Assembly: GCA_022710715.1 (NCBI GenBank)
Contig: JAKLGJ010000001.1
Location: forward strand, 554,041 to 618,040
Direction: 5' to 3'
DNA length: 64,000 nucleotides
Source: Candidatus Omnitrophota bacterium
GTDB lineage: Bacteria > Omnitrophota > Gorgyraeia > Gygaellales > Profunditerraquicolaceae
Made by a program: the position numbers and the translations under genes
Part shown: piece by piece, positions 17,723-27,460 of the stretch
Numbering within the stretch: position 1 is the first letter of the stretch
How the letters are laid out: each line of letters starts with the position of its first letter
Notes under the pieces: generated by a model
What the model saw: the letters and a program-made list of their open reading frames with translations, nothing else
What the model was told of the DNA's origin: nothing
The model's database searches: none

Positions 17723-19473
17723 CCCTTCTTTATTAACATATGGAATTCTTCCATCAATAAGTGTAATTTTTTTTCGTCGCCTTCGGTTTGAGCCTCTTTT
17801 ATCTGATCATGCAGACGCTGCTTGCGCTGTTTGAGCCGCGCGTCTTTAATGCGATTCACGCAATCCGTGGCAACCCGTTCTTTTTCGTCCAGAGATGTCT
17901 CCGGCAAGAACGAGGATTCGCAGATGAGCTGTTGCACATCGTCCGCCGCGAAATAATTGATCAGCGAGTTCGGTTCGAACGCTTTTCCCTGCGCCAGCAT
18001 TTCATACATGATCTCGACGATCTTGCCGGTGCGCTGGTCGGAAAAATCCTCGGGCACCAGGTGCCGGTGGATCTGTTCGATCAGCGAAGTCTCGGCAAGC
18101 ATTAACTGGACCAGCAATTTCTCCGTCGGGTTGACCGGAGCCGCCGCCTGTTTGCGCGCGCCGAATTCCGGCGCGTAGGGCGCTGCCTCGCCGAGCTTCT
18201 TTAATTCCTCGTACAGCCTGCTTTCGGAAACAGAGAGCTTCTCCGAAAGCTGTTTAATATACTCGCTGACCAGGATGCTGTTTTTCGTTTTCTTGAGCAT
18301 CGGCAGCATTTCGGAAGCGATCCGCGATTTTCCTTCGGGATCTTTGCTGTTGAACTTCCGGCAGAGCGCCGTTAAACGGAAGTCGAATACGCTCTGCGCC
18401 GCGTCAAGCAGCGCTTCGAAACTGCTTAAGCCGTGCTCGCGCACATATGAATCCGGGTCGTACTGCGCGGGCAGCACCGCGATCCTGGCCTGCACTTCTT
18501 CCTCGACAAATATGTCCAGGCTGCGTAGCGCGGCCATCTGTCCGGCATTATCCCCGTCGTAGACCAGGAAAATATTGCGGGTATAGCGCTTCAACAGACG
18601 GACCTGTTGAGAGGTCAATGCCGTACCCAGCGATGCGACGATAGTGCGTAAACCGTGTTGAAAGGGAATGATGCAGTCGAGATACCCTTCCACCACCACC
18701 ACGCGGTCTTTTTGACGGATCGCGTCTTTCGCACAGTGCAGCCCGAACAGGTGACGTCCCTTGACATAGACCGGTGTTTCGGGCGAATTGATATATTTCG
18801 GCAGCGACGCATCGAGTACGCGGGCGCCGAATCCCAGCACCTGTGATTTAGCATCGAGAATCGGGAACATCAAGCGGTTGCGGAAGCGGTCATACCAGCC
18901 GCCTTCCTGTCGCAAGAGCGCCAGCCCGGCTTTTTCCACCGCCGCGGCGGTGAATCCGTGGCTTCTGGCAAAGAGCAGAAAACGATCCCAGTCGTTGGTC
19001 GAGAAACCCAGTTTGAATTCCCGCGCCGTCGCCGGAGAGATCCCGCGTTTCTTGAGATACATCCGCGGCTGCGTCGCTTTTTCGTCAAAAAGAGCGTCTT
19101 GATAAAAACGCGCCGCAAGTTCGTTGATCCGGTAAATCTGGGTTACCGATTCCTGTCCGGCTGCGGAAATATGTTTTTTTTCCGGCAGCGTGACACCGGC
19201 TTTCCTGGCAAGGGTTTCCACGGCTTCGGGAAATTCCATGCGTTCATGCTGCATCAGGAAATGGAACGCGTTTCCACCCGCCCCGCATCCGAAACAGTGA
19301 AAAATCTGTTTGTCGGCCGAAACCATGAACGATGCGGTTTTTTCATGGTGGAACGGACAACATGCTTTAAAATTCCTGCCCGCCCTTTTCAGCGGGAAAT
19401 ACCCGGAAATAAGTTCGACGATATCGATCCGGGTAAGAATGTCTTCTAGAATGCTATCATCAAAACGCGCCAT
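17719..19473 (-). CDS. dnaG: DNA primase
   Basis: Zinc-binding [11 protein letters not shown]...[15 protein letters not shown] domain EGYLDCI. Start moved to [13 protein letters not shown] (ATG at 19473). The first 26 aa of the track ORF overlap the upstream gene. Confidence 0.9.
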
Positions 19474-19477
19474 ATCA

Positions 19478-20350
19478 TTACGACCGCTCGACCCTGTTGA
19501 AGCCGGAGCAACAGACGATATCCAGCTTCCCGTGCTTTTCCACCCGGTCAAGGATCAGGTTCATTCCCAGGGTATCCGACGAAATATGTCCGGCAATGAT
19601 AACGTTCAAGCCGGCATCAGCGACTTTTTTGAAATGCTCTTCGCTTAAATGCATGCAGACGATCGTTCTGACGCCGCGTGCAGAGAGGTGTTTATAAATG
19701 CCGGGATGGCCTTCCGTCCCGCCGGTCATTTCAACGAGTATCTTGCCTGCCGGCCGCCGGGCGCCGCCCAGGATTATGCGCGGTCCTACCCCGCGCCGGT
19801 CCGCTTGCCGATATTCCGGGATTTTCTCGAGGATCCCGAGAATATCGCCGGTAGTGCGCGGCCGCCGATTGCGCAGCAGCGAGACGATAAAAGCGTAGGC
19901 ATGATTGTCCGCCGGCGTATGGCAGCACAGAAACGGTATGTCCAGTAAACGCGCGGCGTCGACTGCGCGCATATGATTCCCCGGCAGAACCTTGCGCTGC
20001 ACTTCGGACTGACGTTCGGTCAGGAAAGCCTGTCCGACTGAAGTCGCCATGCCTGCGGATTCGAGAACGCGGACCTGCAGTTGCATCACCTGATAGAGGC
20101 AGGCAAGCGCGCTTCCCTGCGGATGATGCGAAAGCACTCCGTCAAGTCCCTCGCGGCGGCGGATATGATCCGCCAGGAGCAATTCCCCGGTATCAATATC
20201 GATGCCCACAAGCAATTTCTTGATTTCGCGGGACTTCTGCCCGTAGAGTATAGCCGAATCTCCGTACCCGCAAATGGTTTTCTTCTCCCGACGAGGATCC
20301 GCTGCCTTGCCATACGCGACCACGCGGGAGTACAGTGTCCCTAATTTCAT
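19478..20350 (-). CDS. Nif3-family dinuclear metal-centre protein (GTP cyclohydrolase 1 type 2 homologue)
   Basis: 290 aa. ...ADLLLADHIRRREGLDGVLSHHP and a C-terminal ...VIIAGHISSDTLG match Nif3/YqfO conserved histidine clusters. Confidence 0.6.
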   Translation of the reverse strand: MKLGTLYSRVVAYGKAADPRREKKTICGYGDSAILYGQKSREIKKLLVGIDIDTGELLLADHIRRREGLDGVLSHHPQGSALACLYQVMQLQVRVLESAGMATSVGQAFLTERQSEVQRKVLPGNHMRAVDAARLLDIPFLCCHTPADNHAYAFIVSLLRNRRPRTTGDILGILEKIPEYRQADRRGVGPRIILGGARRPAGKILVEMTGGTEGHPGIYKHLSARGVRTIVCMHLSEEHFKKVADAGLNVIIAGHISSDTLGMNLILDRVEKHGKLDIVCCSGFNRVERS

Positions 20351-20378
20351 ATCTTTCCAATGCGTATTGCCGGAACGG

Positions 20379-20957
20379 TTACTTTCCGGACAATGTATCT
20401 TTTACCGCTTTATTGATTTTTTCCTGACCCCTGAATTTCGAAAGAATGGCGTTCCAGAACCAGCTGTAGGTGGCCGGGGCAACCCGTACCAGCGCCGGTC
20501 CAGTGAGAGAGCGATGCAGACTCTTTTTGAAGTAGTCACCGTGGACAAGTAGAAGCGCGTAAAGGACGAGACTGATGACCAGCACGCTTCGTAAGAACGA
20601 AAGAGCAAAGCCTCCCCACTTGCTGACGTCCGGTATGACTTCCATGGTAATAAACCGTTTCAGTCCCAGCCGCAGCAACAGAAAGAACACGTAACCCAGC
20701 GCAAACAGCACCCCGAACATGCACAGCGCCACGATCGGCAACGGCACTTTCTGCAGAATTCCGAACTGATGCATAACAGCGGCGGCGCCGCTGTAGTAAT
20801 GCAAACTCAAATACAGGCCGAAGAGCGTGCCCAGTAATTTAAGCAGCTCAAAAGCGATGCCATGAGCCAGCCCCATGAGCACAATACGCACCAGCAAGAC
20901 TCCGACCAGTATATCTATCCAGTTGAATTGTCCAAAAAATGCGAGTATCGCAGACAT
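20379..20957 (-). CDS. CvpA-family membrane protein
   Basis: 192 aa, four predicted TM helices. Size and topology match CvpA (colicin V production) family proteins. Confidence 0.5.
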   Translation of the reverse strand: MSAILAFFGQFNWIDILVGVLLVRIVLMGLAHGIAFELLKLLGTLFGLYLSLHYYSGAAAVMHQFGILQKVPLPIVALCMFGVLFALGYVFFLLLRLGLKRFITMEVIPDVSKWGGFALSFLRSVLVISLVLYALLLVHGDYFKKSLHRSLTGPALVRVAPATYSWFWNAILSKFRGQEKINKAVKDTLSGK

Positions 20958-20995
20958 GATAAACCTTTAAGAGTCAATGACTAGGAATTTTTTAA

Positions 20996-21024
20996 AGTAT
21001 ACCATATAAACCCGGGAATGTCAA
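20996..21024 (-). promoter_or_regulatory. predicted sigma70 promoter of the cvpA-like gene (TTGACA-17-TATACT), bracketed by an imperfect inverted repeat
   Basis: Minus strand reads TTGACAttcccgggtttatatggTATACT. CAATGACTAG (20975-20984) and CTTAGTCATTG (21051-21061) flank it as an inverted repeat. Confidence 0.45.
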
Positions 21025-21094
21025 GAAAGCGCTTTCAAATAAATTTCATTCTTAGTCATTGTAAATAAAAGACTTAAGGCGTAAAACCGCTTTT

Positions 21095-21132
21095 AAAAGA
21101 AAACCCCGGACAGAGCGGTGCTCTGCCCGGGG
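21095..21132 (-). terminator. intrinsic terminator of groEL
   Basis: Minus-strand RNA CCCCGGGCAGAGC-ACC-GCUCUGUCCGGGG followed by UUUUCUUUU, about 30 nt after the groEL stop. Confidence 0.65.
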
Positions 21133-21160
21133 TTTGATAGAGCTGTAAACACTGCGGAAA

Positions 21161-22837
<1,677 letters not shown>

Positions 22838-23128
22838 TTATTTTACGATCGCCAGAATATCTTCTTCCCTCATGATCAACAATTCATCGCCTTCTTTGCT
22901 GGTGATCTCGTTGCCGGAATATTTTCCGTATAATACCTTGTCTCCGACTTTCACTTCCAGCGGCTGCACGGTTCCGTTATCCAGAACTTTGCCTTTGCCT
23001 ACGGCTACGACTTCTCCCTGCTGCGGCTTTTCCTTTGCGGTCTCGGGAAGCACGATGCCTCCTTTGGTCCTGGTTTCAGCCTCGAGGGGTTTGATCACTA
23101 CTCTGTCGCCCAGCGGTTGCATTTTCAT
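22838..23128 (-). CDS. groES: co-chaperonin GroES (Hsp10)
   Basis: 96 aa, [44 protein letters not shown]... Confidence 0.95.
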   Translation of the reverse strand: MKMQPLGDRVVIKPLEAETRTKGGIVLPETAKEKPQQGEVVAVGKGKVLDNGTVQPLEVKVGDKVLYGKYSGNEITSKEGDELLIMREEDILAIVK

Positions 23129-23178
23129 TACGACACCTCCTTATGGTTGAGTATGTGTTTGGGATTGGTTTACCGTGG

Positions 23179-23205
23179 TTAGCAATCTTACCATCAGAGT
23201 GCTAA
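23179..23205. promoter_or_regulatory. CIRCE operator (HrcA binding site)
   Basis: TTAGCAATC-N9-GAGTGCTAA against consensus TTAGCACTC-N9-GAGTGCTAA. It lies between the -10 and the groES start. Confidence 0.8.
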
Positions 23206-23232
23206 TTATAGTGAAATTGCGCGGATTGTCAA
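23205..23232 (-). promoter_or_regulatory. groESL sigma70 promoter (TTGACA-16-TATAAT)
   Basis: Minus strand reads TTGACAatccgcgcaatttcacTATAAT. The -10 abuts the CIRCE left arm. Confidence 0.65.
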
Positions 23233-23245
23233 GCATTTTTTTGGC

Positions 23246-23296
23246 AAAAAAAAGACGGTTCTATTTTTCAAAAATAGAACCGTCCCCTTTTTTGTA
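23246..23296. terminator. bidirectional intrinsic terminator (terminates the tandem-repeat protein gene on the minus strand)
   Basis: Perfect 15-bp inverted repeat GACGGTTCTATTTTT-c-AAAAATAGAACCGTC, flanked by an A8 run on one side and CCCCTTTTTT on the other. Confidence 0.65.
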
Positions 23297-23315
23297 AGCT
23301 GGTAATACGTCGGAA

Positions 23316-23933
23316 TTACTTGTTTTTAAAACCGTTCTCGGGATCCCAGGTATGCCCTTGATCATGATTGCCGAAAGGCGTGCTGGTATCGCCGCAGTCC
23401 GTACAAGAGGTATCCGATCCTCCGGAGCCGCCGCCTTCGGTATTGCCCCCGAATGGACCATAACCACCCCGTGGTTCATCGGTGAACGTGAACGGCCGGG
23501 CAGGCAGTATTGTTGCGCCTGTCGGTCTGGCACTTTCATAGGTCAGGTCCGGGACGTTGCCCGGATTGATGTACGTTGAACGCGTGCCGCGGTCAGGGGT
23601 AACTATTTCGTAGGTTGAATCCGGCACATTGCCCGGATTGCTGTAGGTTGAACGCATGCCGCGGTCAGGGGTAGCTATTTCGTAGGTCGAATCCGGAACG
23701 TTGCCCGGATTGACGGAAGGCCGTATGCCGTTATTCGGGGTGGCCGTTTCATAGGTTGAATCCGGCACATTGCCCGGATTATGGAAACTCCTGCCGGAAA
23801 AAGAGGGCATAGTGTTTGAGTACGGAGAACCTTCGAATGTATCCCTTTCGGCCAGAGCATCGCTGATAACCGTCAGACAACAGGCCAGCGTTGCACTGAC
23901 TGCGATACCCAACCACGCCCGCACTTTGATCAT
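23316..23933 (-). CDS. secreted tandem-repeat protein (4 x NPGNVPDSTYE-type repeats, Gly/Ser/Thr-rich C-terminus)
   Basis: 205 aa after moving the start to MIKVRAWLGIAVSATLACCLTVISDALA (signal peptide; ATG at 23933 preceded by AAAGGAGG). Repeats begin at aa 52, 75, 99 and 123. Confidence 0.6.
   Translation of the reverse strand: MIKVRAWLGIAVSATLACCLTVISDALAERDTFEGSPYSNTMPSFSGRSFHNPGNVPDSTYETATPNNGIRPSVNPGNVPDSTYEIATPDRGMRSTYSNPGNVPDSTYEIVTPDRGTRSTYINPGNVPDLTYESARPTGATILPARPFTFTDEPRGGYGPFGGNTEGGGSGGSDTSCTDCGDTSTPFGNHDQGHTWDPENGFKNK
23500..23780. repeat. four tandem DNA repeats of about 69-72 bp inside the repeat-protein CDS
   Basis: Iterated ...ggcacattgcccggattg(c/a)tgta(g/c)gttgaacgc(g/a)tgccgcggtcaggggta(a/g)ctatttcgtaggt(t/c)gaatcc... 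with a few substitutions per copy. Confidence 0.6.
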
Positions 23934-23958
23934 GGAGACCTCCTTTAAACAGCCGGCT

Positions 23959-24226
23959 AAAAGAAAAAACCCTAAGGACACCATTTCCTTAGGGTTGTAC
24001 TCGATGGTATGCCTTTGGTAGCGCAGCCTTCCACAACACATCCGATCGAGCACCTGGCGCAATCAGAATGTGCGCCAGTGCACTGCGGGTGCAGTGGAAC
24101 TGTCACTTTGCTTCCGGGGCGCTTGCGCGTTACCCGGAAGTCCCGCCTGTTGATCTTGCGTATCTTTTCGCGGGACGTCCCCCGATCACTCGGGGTTTGC
24201 CTTTTTCAACGGGTTTCTACACTGAC
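23959..24226 (-). ncRNA. candidate structured 5' leader or small RNA (about 270 nt) ending in an intrinsic terminator 25 nt before the repeat-protein ATG. Its 5' part resembles a c-di-GMP-I (GEMM) aptamer half
   Basis: Predicted promoter TTGAAT-16-TATACT at 24233-24260 (minus strand). RNA begins ...GUUGAAAAAGGCAAACC-CCGA-GUGA-UCGG-GGGACG (compare Vc2 GGCAAACC-AUUC-GAAA-GAGU-GGGACG). It ends in CCCUAAGG-AAAUGGUGU-CCUUAGGG-UUUUUUCUUUU at 23959-23994. Confidence 0.3.
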
Positions 24227-24312
24227 AAAAAAAGTATAGCACATTTGCGCAAAAATTCAAGTTGTGCAATTGGGCTCTTTGTCAACACAGTGCCGGGGGC
24301 GCGGGCAGGGTA

Positions 24313-24543
24313 TTACTGAATGACTGCAAGCAGGTCTCCGGGCTTGACCGTATCGCCTTCTTTAAAGAAGATCTCGGTCAGGATGCCGGTTGCCGGGCTG
24401 GGCAGGTTGTACGCGGCTTTATCCGTGGTGAGTTCGACCAGGTCCGCTTTCTCCTTCACCTGGGCTCCGGGCTGGAAATACCAGAATGAAAGCGTGGCTT
24501 TTTCGATGGATTCACCGAGCGTCGGAACAATAACTTGTATCAT
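24313..24543 (-). CDS. stand-alone lipoyl/biotinyl attachment domain protein
   Basis: 76 aa. MIQVIVPTLGESIEKATL...LVELTTDKAAYNLPSPATG is the single-hybrid-motif lipoyl domain with the modified Lys in TDKA. Confidence 0.7.
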   Translation of the reverse strand: MIQVIVPTLGESIEKATLSFWYFQPGAQVKEKADLVELTTDKAAYNLPSPATGILTEIFFKEGDTVKPGDLLAVIQ

Positions 24544-25180
24544 GGCTCAATCTCCTGGTGATGAGGTTGACGATTTCAGAAATATCGACGGGATGACCCA
24601 GCACCGTTTCCATGCTGGTCATGCGGATATCCATGCCGCAGGGGCGAATGCAGGCGAATCCCTTCAAATCCGCGGCCGACACATTGATCGCACATCCGTA
24701 ACCGGTGATCCAGTCGTGCACGGAAATACCGATAGAGGCGATTTTTTCTCCGCCGACCCAGACGCCGGTCAGTCCCGGTTTGCGCTCTCCGGTAATGGCT
24801 GACGCCCCCAGAATACCCAGTATGAACGCTTCCAGGCTGCGCAGATAATAATGCAGATCCGCTCTCCTGGTCCGCAGGTCCAGTACAGGGTAAACGCACA
24901 GTTGCCCGGGACCGTGGTAGGTGACATCCCCTCCCCGGCGCACCTGACGGACGGCGATGCCTTTATGCGCCAACTGCTCGGCATTCATCAACAGATTCTG
25001 CGGACTGCTGGAACGGCCGCAGGTGATCACCGGATAGTGGCGGCAAACTATCGCCGTTGCGCCGCTCGCGCGGCTGCGTACCTGCGTCCGGATTTCCTCC
25101 TGCATGCGTTCAAATACGGCATATTCGAGTAAGCCGGCGTCAAGAATCCGGTCGCAGCGGATCGGTTCGGTAAACATCAC
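24512..25180 (-). CDS. lipB: octanoyl-[ACP]:protein N-octanoyltransferase
   Basis: 222 aa. RRGGDVTYHGPGQLCVYPVLDL is the LipB signature. Confidence 0.85.
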   Translation of the reverse strand: MMFTEPIRCDRILDAGLLEYAVFERMQEEIRTQVRSRASGATAIVCRHYPVITCGRSSSPQNLLMNAEQLAHKGIAVRQVRRGGDVTYHGPGQLCVYPVLDLRTRRADLHYYLRSLEAFILGILGASAITGERKPGLTGVWVGGEKIASIGISVHDWITGYGCAINVSAADLKGFACIRPCGMDIRMTSMETVLGHPVDISEIVNLITRRLSHDTSYCSDAR

Positions 25181-26478
25181 GGTCGGTTTTGCAGCATCTC
25201 TACGATGCTTTCGGATAAAGAAGGATGCGCCATAACCGTGGACTGCAGCTGGGAAACGGTTATGCCGTGTTGTACTGCCAGGGTTACTACGGCAATGAGT
25301 TCCCCGGCACGCGGGCCGATAATACTTCCGCCGATAATCTGCCGCGTATCCGGTTCATACACCAGTTTGACGAACCCATCTTTTTCTTCAAGAATACGGG
25401 CCATTCCTGAACCGAGGAAATCGAAAGTAACGGTTTGCGCTTTCCTGCCGTCGGCTGCAGCCTGCTCTTCCGATAAACCCACATAAGCGATCTCGGGATC
25501 GGTAAAAACGCAGGCGGGAATATGCCGTCGGTCCCAGGGCAGCGGTTTCGTCCCGGCGATCACGCTTACCGCGTGCCTGCTCTGGCTGGCTGCGGCATGC
25601 GCGAGCATTACCTGGCCGGTGCAGTCTCCTGCGGCATAGATCGAATGTACGCTGGTGCGCTGGTTTTCATCGACTTCGATCGCTTGTTTTTCCAGGCGCA
25701 CACCTGCCTCTTCGAGGTTTAAGCCGTCGGTTAAGGGGCGCCTGCCGGTGCAGACGAGGATTTTTTCGTACGCGTCGGTTTTCAGCGCGCCGGCGTCAGT
25801 GCCGGTAAGCACGGTAATCCCTTTTTTTCTGAACAGGCTTTCCAGTTTCACCGCGATCGCGCGGTCGACTCCCGGCAATAATCGGGGCAGATATTCCGCC
25901 AGGGTGACGGTCACGCCTAAAGCGGCAAAAAGACCGGCAAACTCGCAGCCGATGGCTCCGCCGCCGACGATCAAAAGCGACTTCGGCAACGCAGGCAGCG
26001 TAAGAACATCGTCGCTGGAGAGTATTCTGTCATGGTCAAAGGGCAACGCCGTCAGTTGCGCCGGAACCGAGCCGGTGCAGATCAACAGCGCGCCGGCGTC
26101 CAGCGTTTGGCCGCCCGCAGACACGGAATGGGCGGAGAGCACCCGCGCGTTGGAACGGATGACGTGCGCGTCTTTGAGCAGATAGTCCATGCCCTGGCGC
26201 AGCTGTGTCACAAGTTTGTCTTTGCGTTCCTGCATCCGGGTAAAATTCGCCCGGGTCTCGCCCGTCAACTCGACGCCGAACATCCCGGCTTTGGAGCATT
26301 GGGCGAGCGTTTTTGCGGACTGGATCAGCGATTTGGTGGGTATACACCCCCGGTTTAAACAGGTCCCTCCGACCTCCGACTGCTCGATAAGGACTGTTTT
26401 CAACCCCAGGCTTCTGGCTTTGAGAAAACCGTTGAAGCCGGCCCAGCCTGCGCCGATGATGATCAGATCGTAGTTCAT
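25177..26478 (-). CDS. lpdA: dihydrolipoyl dehydrogenase (E3)
   Basis: 433 aa. FAD-binding GAGWAG motif and redox-active CLNRGCIPTK disulfide. Confidence 0.9.
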   Translation of the reverse strand: MNYDLIIIGAGWAGFNGFLKARSLGLKTVLIEQSEVGGTCLNRGCIPTKSLIQSAKTLAQCSKAGMFGVELTGETRANFTRMQERKDKLVTQLRQGMDYLLKDAHVIRSNARVLSAHSVSAGGQTLDAGALLICTGSVPAQLTALPFDHDRILSSDDVLTLPALPKSLLIVGGGAIGCEFAGLFAALGVTVTLAEYLPRLLPGVDRAIAVKLESLFRKKGITVLTGTDAGALKTDAYEKILVCTGRRPLTDGLNLEEAGVRLEKQAIEVDENQRTSVHSIYAAGDCTGQVMLAHAAASQSRHAVSVIAGTKPLPWDRRHIPACVFTDPEIAYVGLSEEQAAADGRKAQTVTFDFLGSGMARILEEKDGFVKLVYEPDTRQIIGGSIIGPRAGELIAVVTLAVQHGITVSQLQSTVMAHPSLSESIVEMLQNRP

Positions 26479-26525
26479 AGTATATATGATTGATGGAAAG
26501 GCGGCCGCGGCAACTGCGCTTGACG

Positions 26526-27449
26526 TTAACCGATCAAACCGCCCAGAGCCCGGATAGATTCGCAGGAAGTTTTGAACTGCTGGGCTTCCTGGGTGTTCAA
26601 TGTAAGCTGGATTATTTTACCGATGCCGTTTTTATTGATAAGGCATGGAACGCCTGCGCACACGTCGTTTACGCCGTATTCGCCGCAGAGCAGAGTCGAA
26701 ACACCGATGGTCGCCGACTGGTCGCGGACGATCGCGCGCACGAGTTCGGCGATGGCGGCGGACGGTGCGACAAAAGCGCTCCCCGTTCCCAGGAATGAAA
26801 CGATCTCTTTGCCCCGCTCCACCGTGCGTTTGATCAGCTCGTCGATCTCGGCCTGCGGCAGCAGTTCCGCCAGGGGCTTTCCATTGACCAGGGTAAAACG
26901 CGGCATGGGAAGCATGGCTTCCCCGTGGCTGGCGATGACGCAGGCCTGGATCTGCGTGACCGGCACTCCGGTTTTCAAGCTGATCAGATTGGCGAAGCGG
27001 CTGGCATCGAGGCTGACCCCCATGCCGAAAAGGCGGTTCGGTTTAAAGCCGGTTATGCGTAAAGCGTACCGGGTCATGACATCCAGCGGATTAGTGACGA
27101 TGATCACCACAGCCTGCGGGGCCAGGACCGTTATCTGCTCGCAGATGCCTTTCAATATCTCGGCGTTCTTTTTAAGCAGGTCTTCGCGGGTCATCCCGGG
27201 TTTTCTGGCCAGGCCGGCAGTCACCACGATGATGTCGGAATCCTTAAGGTCGCGGATGTCCGCGCTGCCGGTGATGGAATACGGCGTCTGGACCAGCGCG
27301 CGGGCGTCCTCCAGATCACAGGCTTTGCCGCGGGCCAGGCCGCTCACCACGTCGATGAGCATAATATCGCCGAGATTATCCTGCGCCATGCGCAGCGCGG
27401 CGCAGCCGCCGACATTTCCCGCTCCGATTACGGTTATCTTCTTAGCCAT
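26526..27449 (-). CDS. mdh: malate dehydrogenase (LDH-like family)
   Basis: 307 aa. MAKKITVIGAGNVGG Rossmann motif, substrate Arg residues, IVVTAGLARKPGMTR. Confidence 0.9.
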   Translation of the reverse strand: MAKKITVIGAGNVGGCAALRMAQDNLGDIMLIDVVSGLARGKACDLEDARALVQTPYSITGSADIRDLKDSDIIVVTAGLARKPGMTREDLLKKNAEILKGICEQITVLAPQAVVIIVTNPLDVMTRYALRITGFKPNRLFGMGVSLDASRFANLISLKTGVPVTQIQACVIASHGEAMLPMPRFTLVNGKPLAELLPQAEIDELIKRTVERGKEIVSFLGTGSAFVAPSAAIAELVRAIVRDQSATIGVSTLLCGEYGVNDVCAGVPCLINKNGIGKIIQLTLNTQEAQQFKTSCESIRALGGLIG

Positions 27450-27460
27450 AGGTATGTTGC

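Noticed and set aside
24000-24230. Possible SRP (4.5S) RNA, 6S RNA or tmRNA in the 380-nt noncoding region
   Set aside because: I see only a weak GGUGCU...GGAAGG...GC resemblance to SRP domain IV and no tRNA-like end or tag reading frame for tmRNA. I kept it only as an unclassified structured leader or sRNA candidate.
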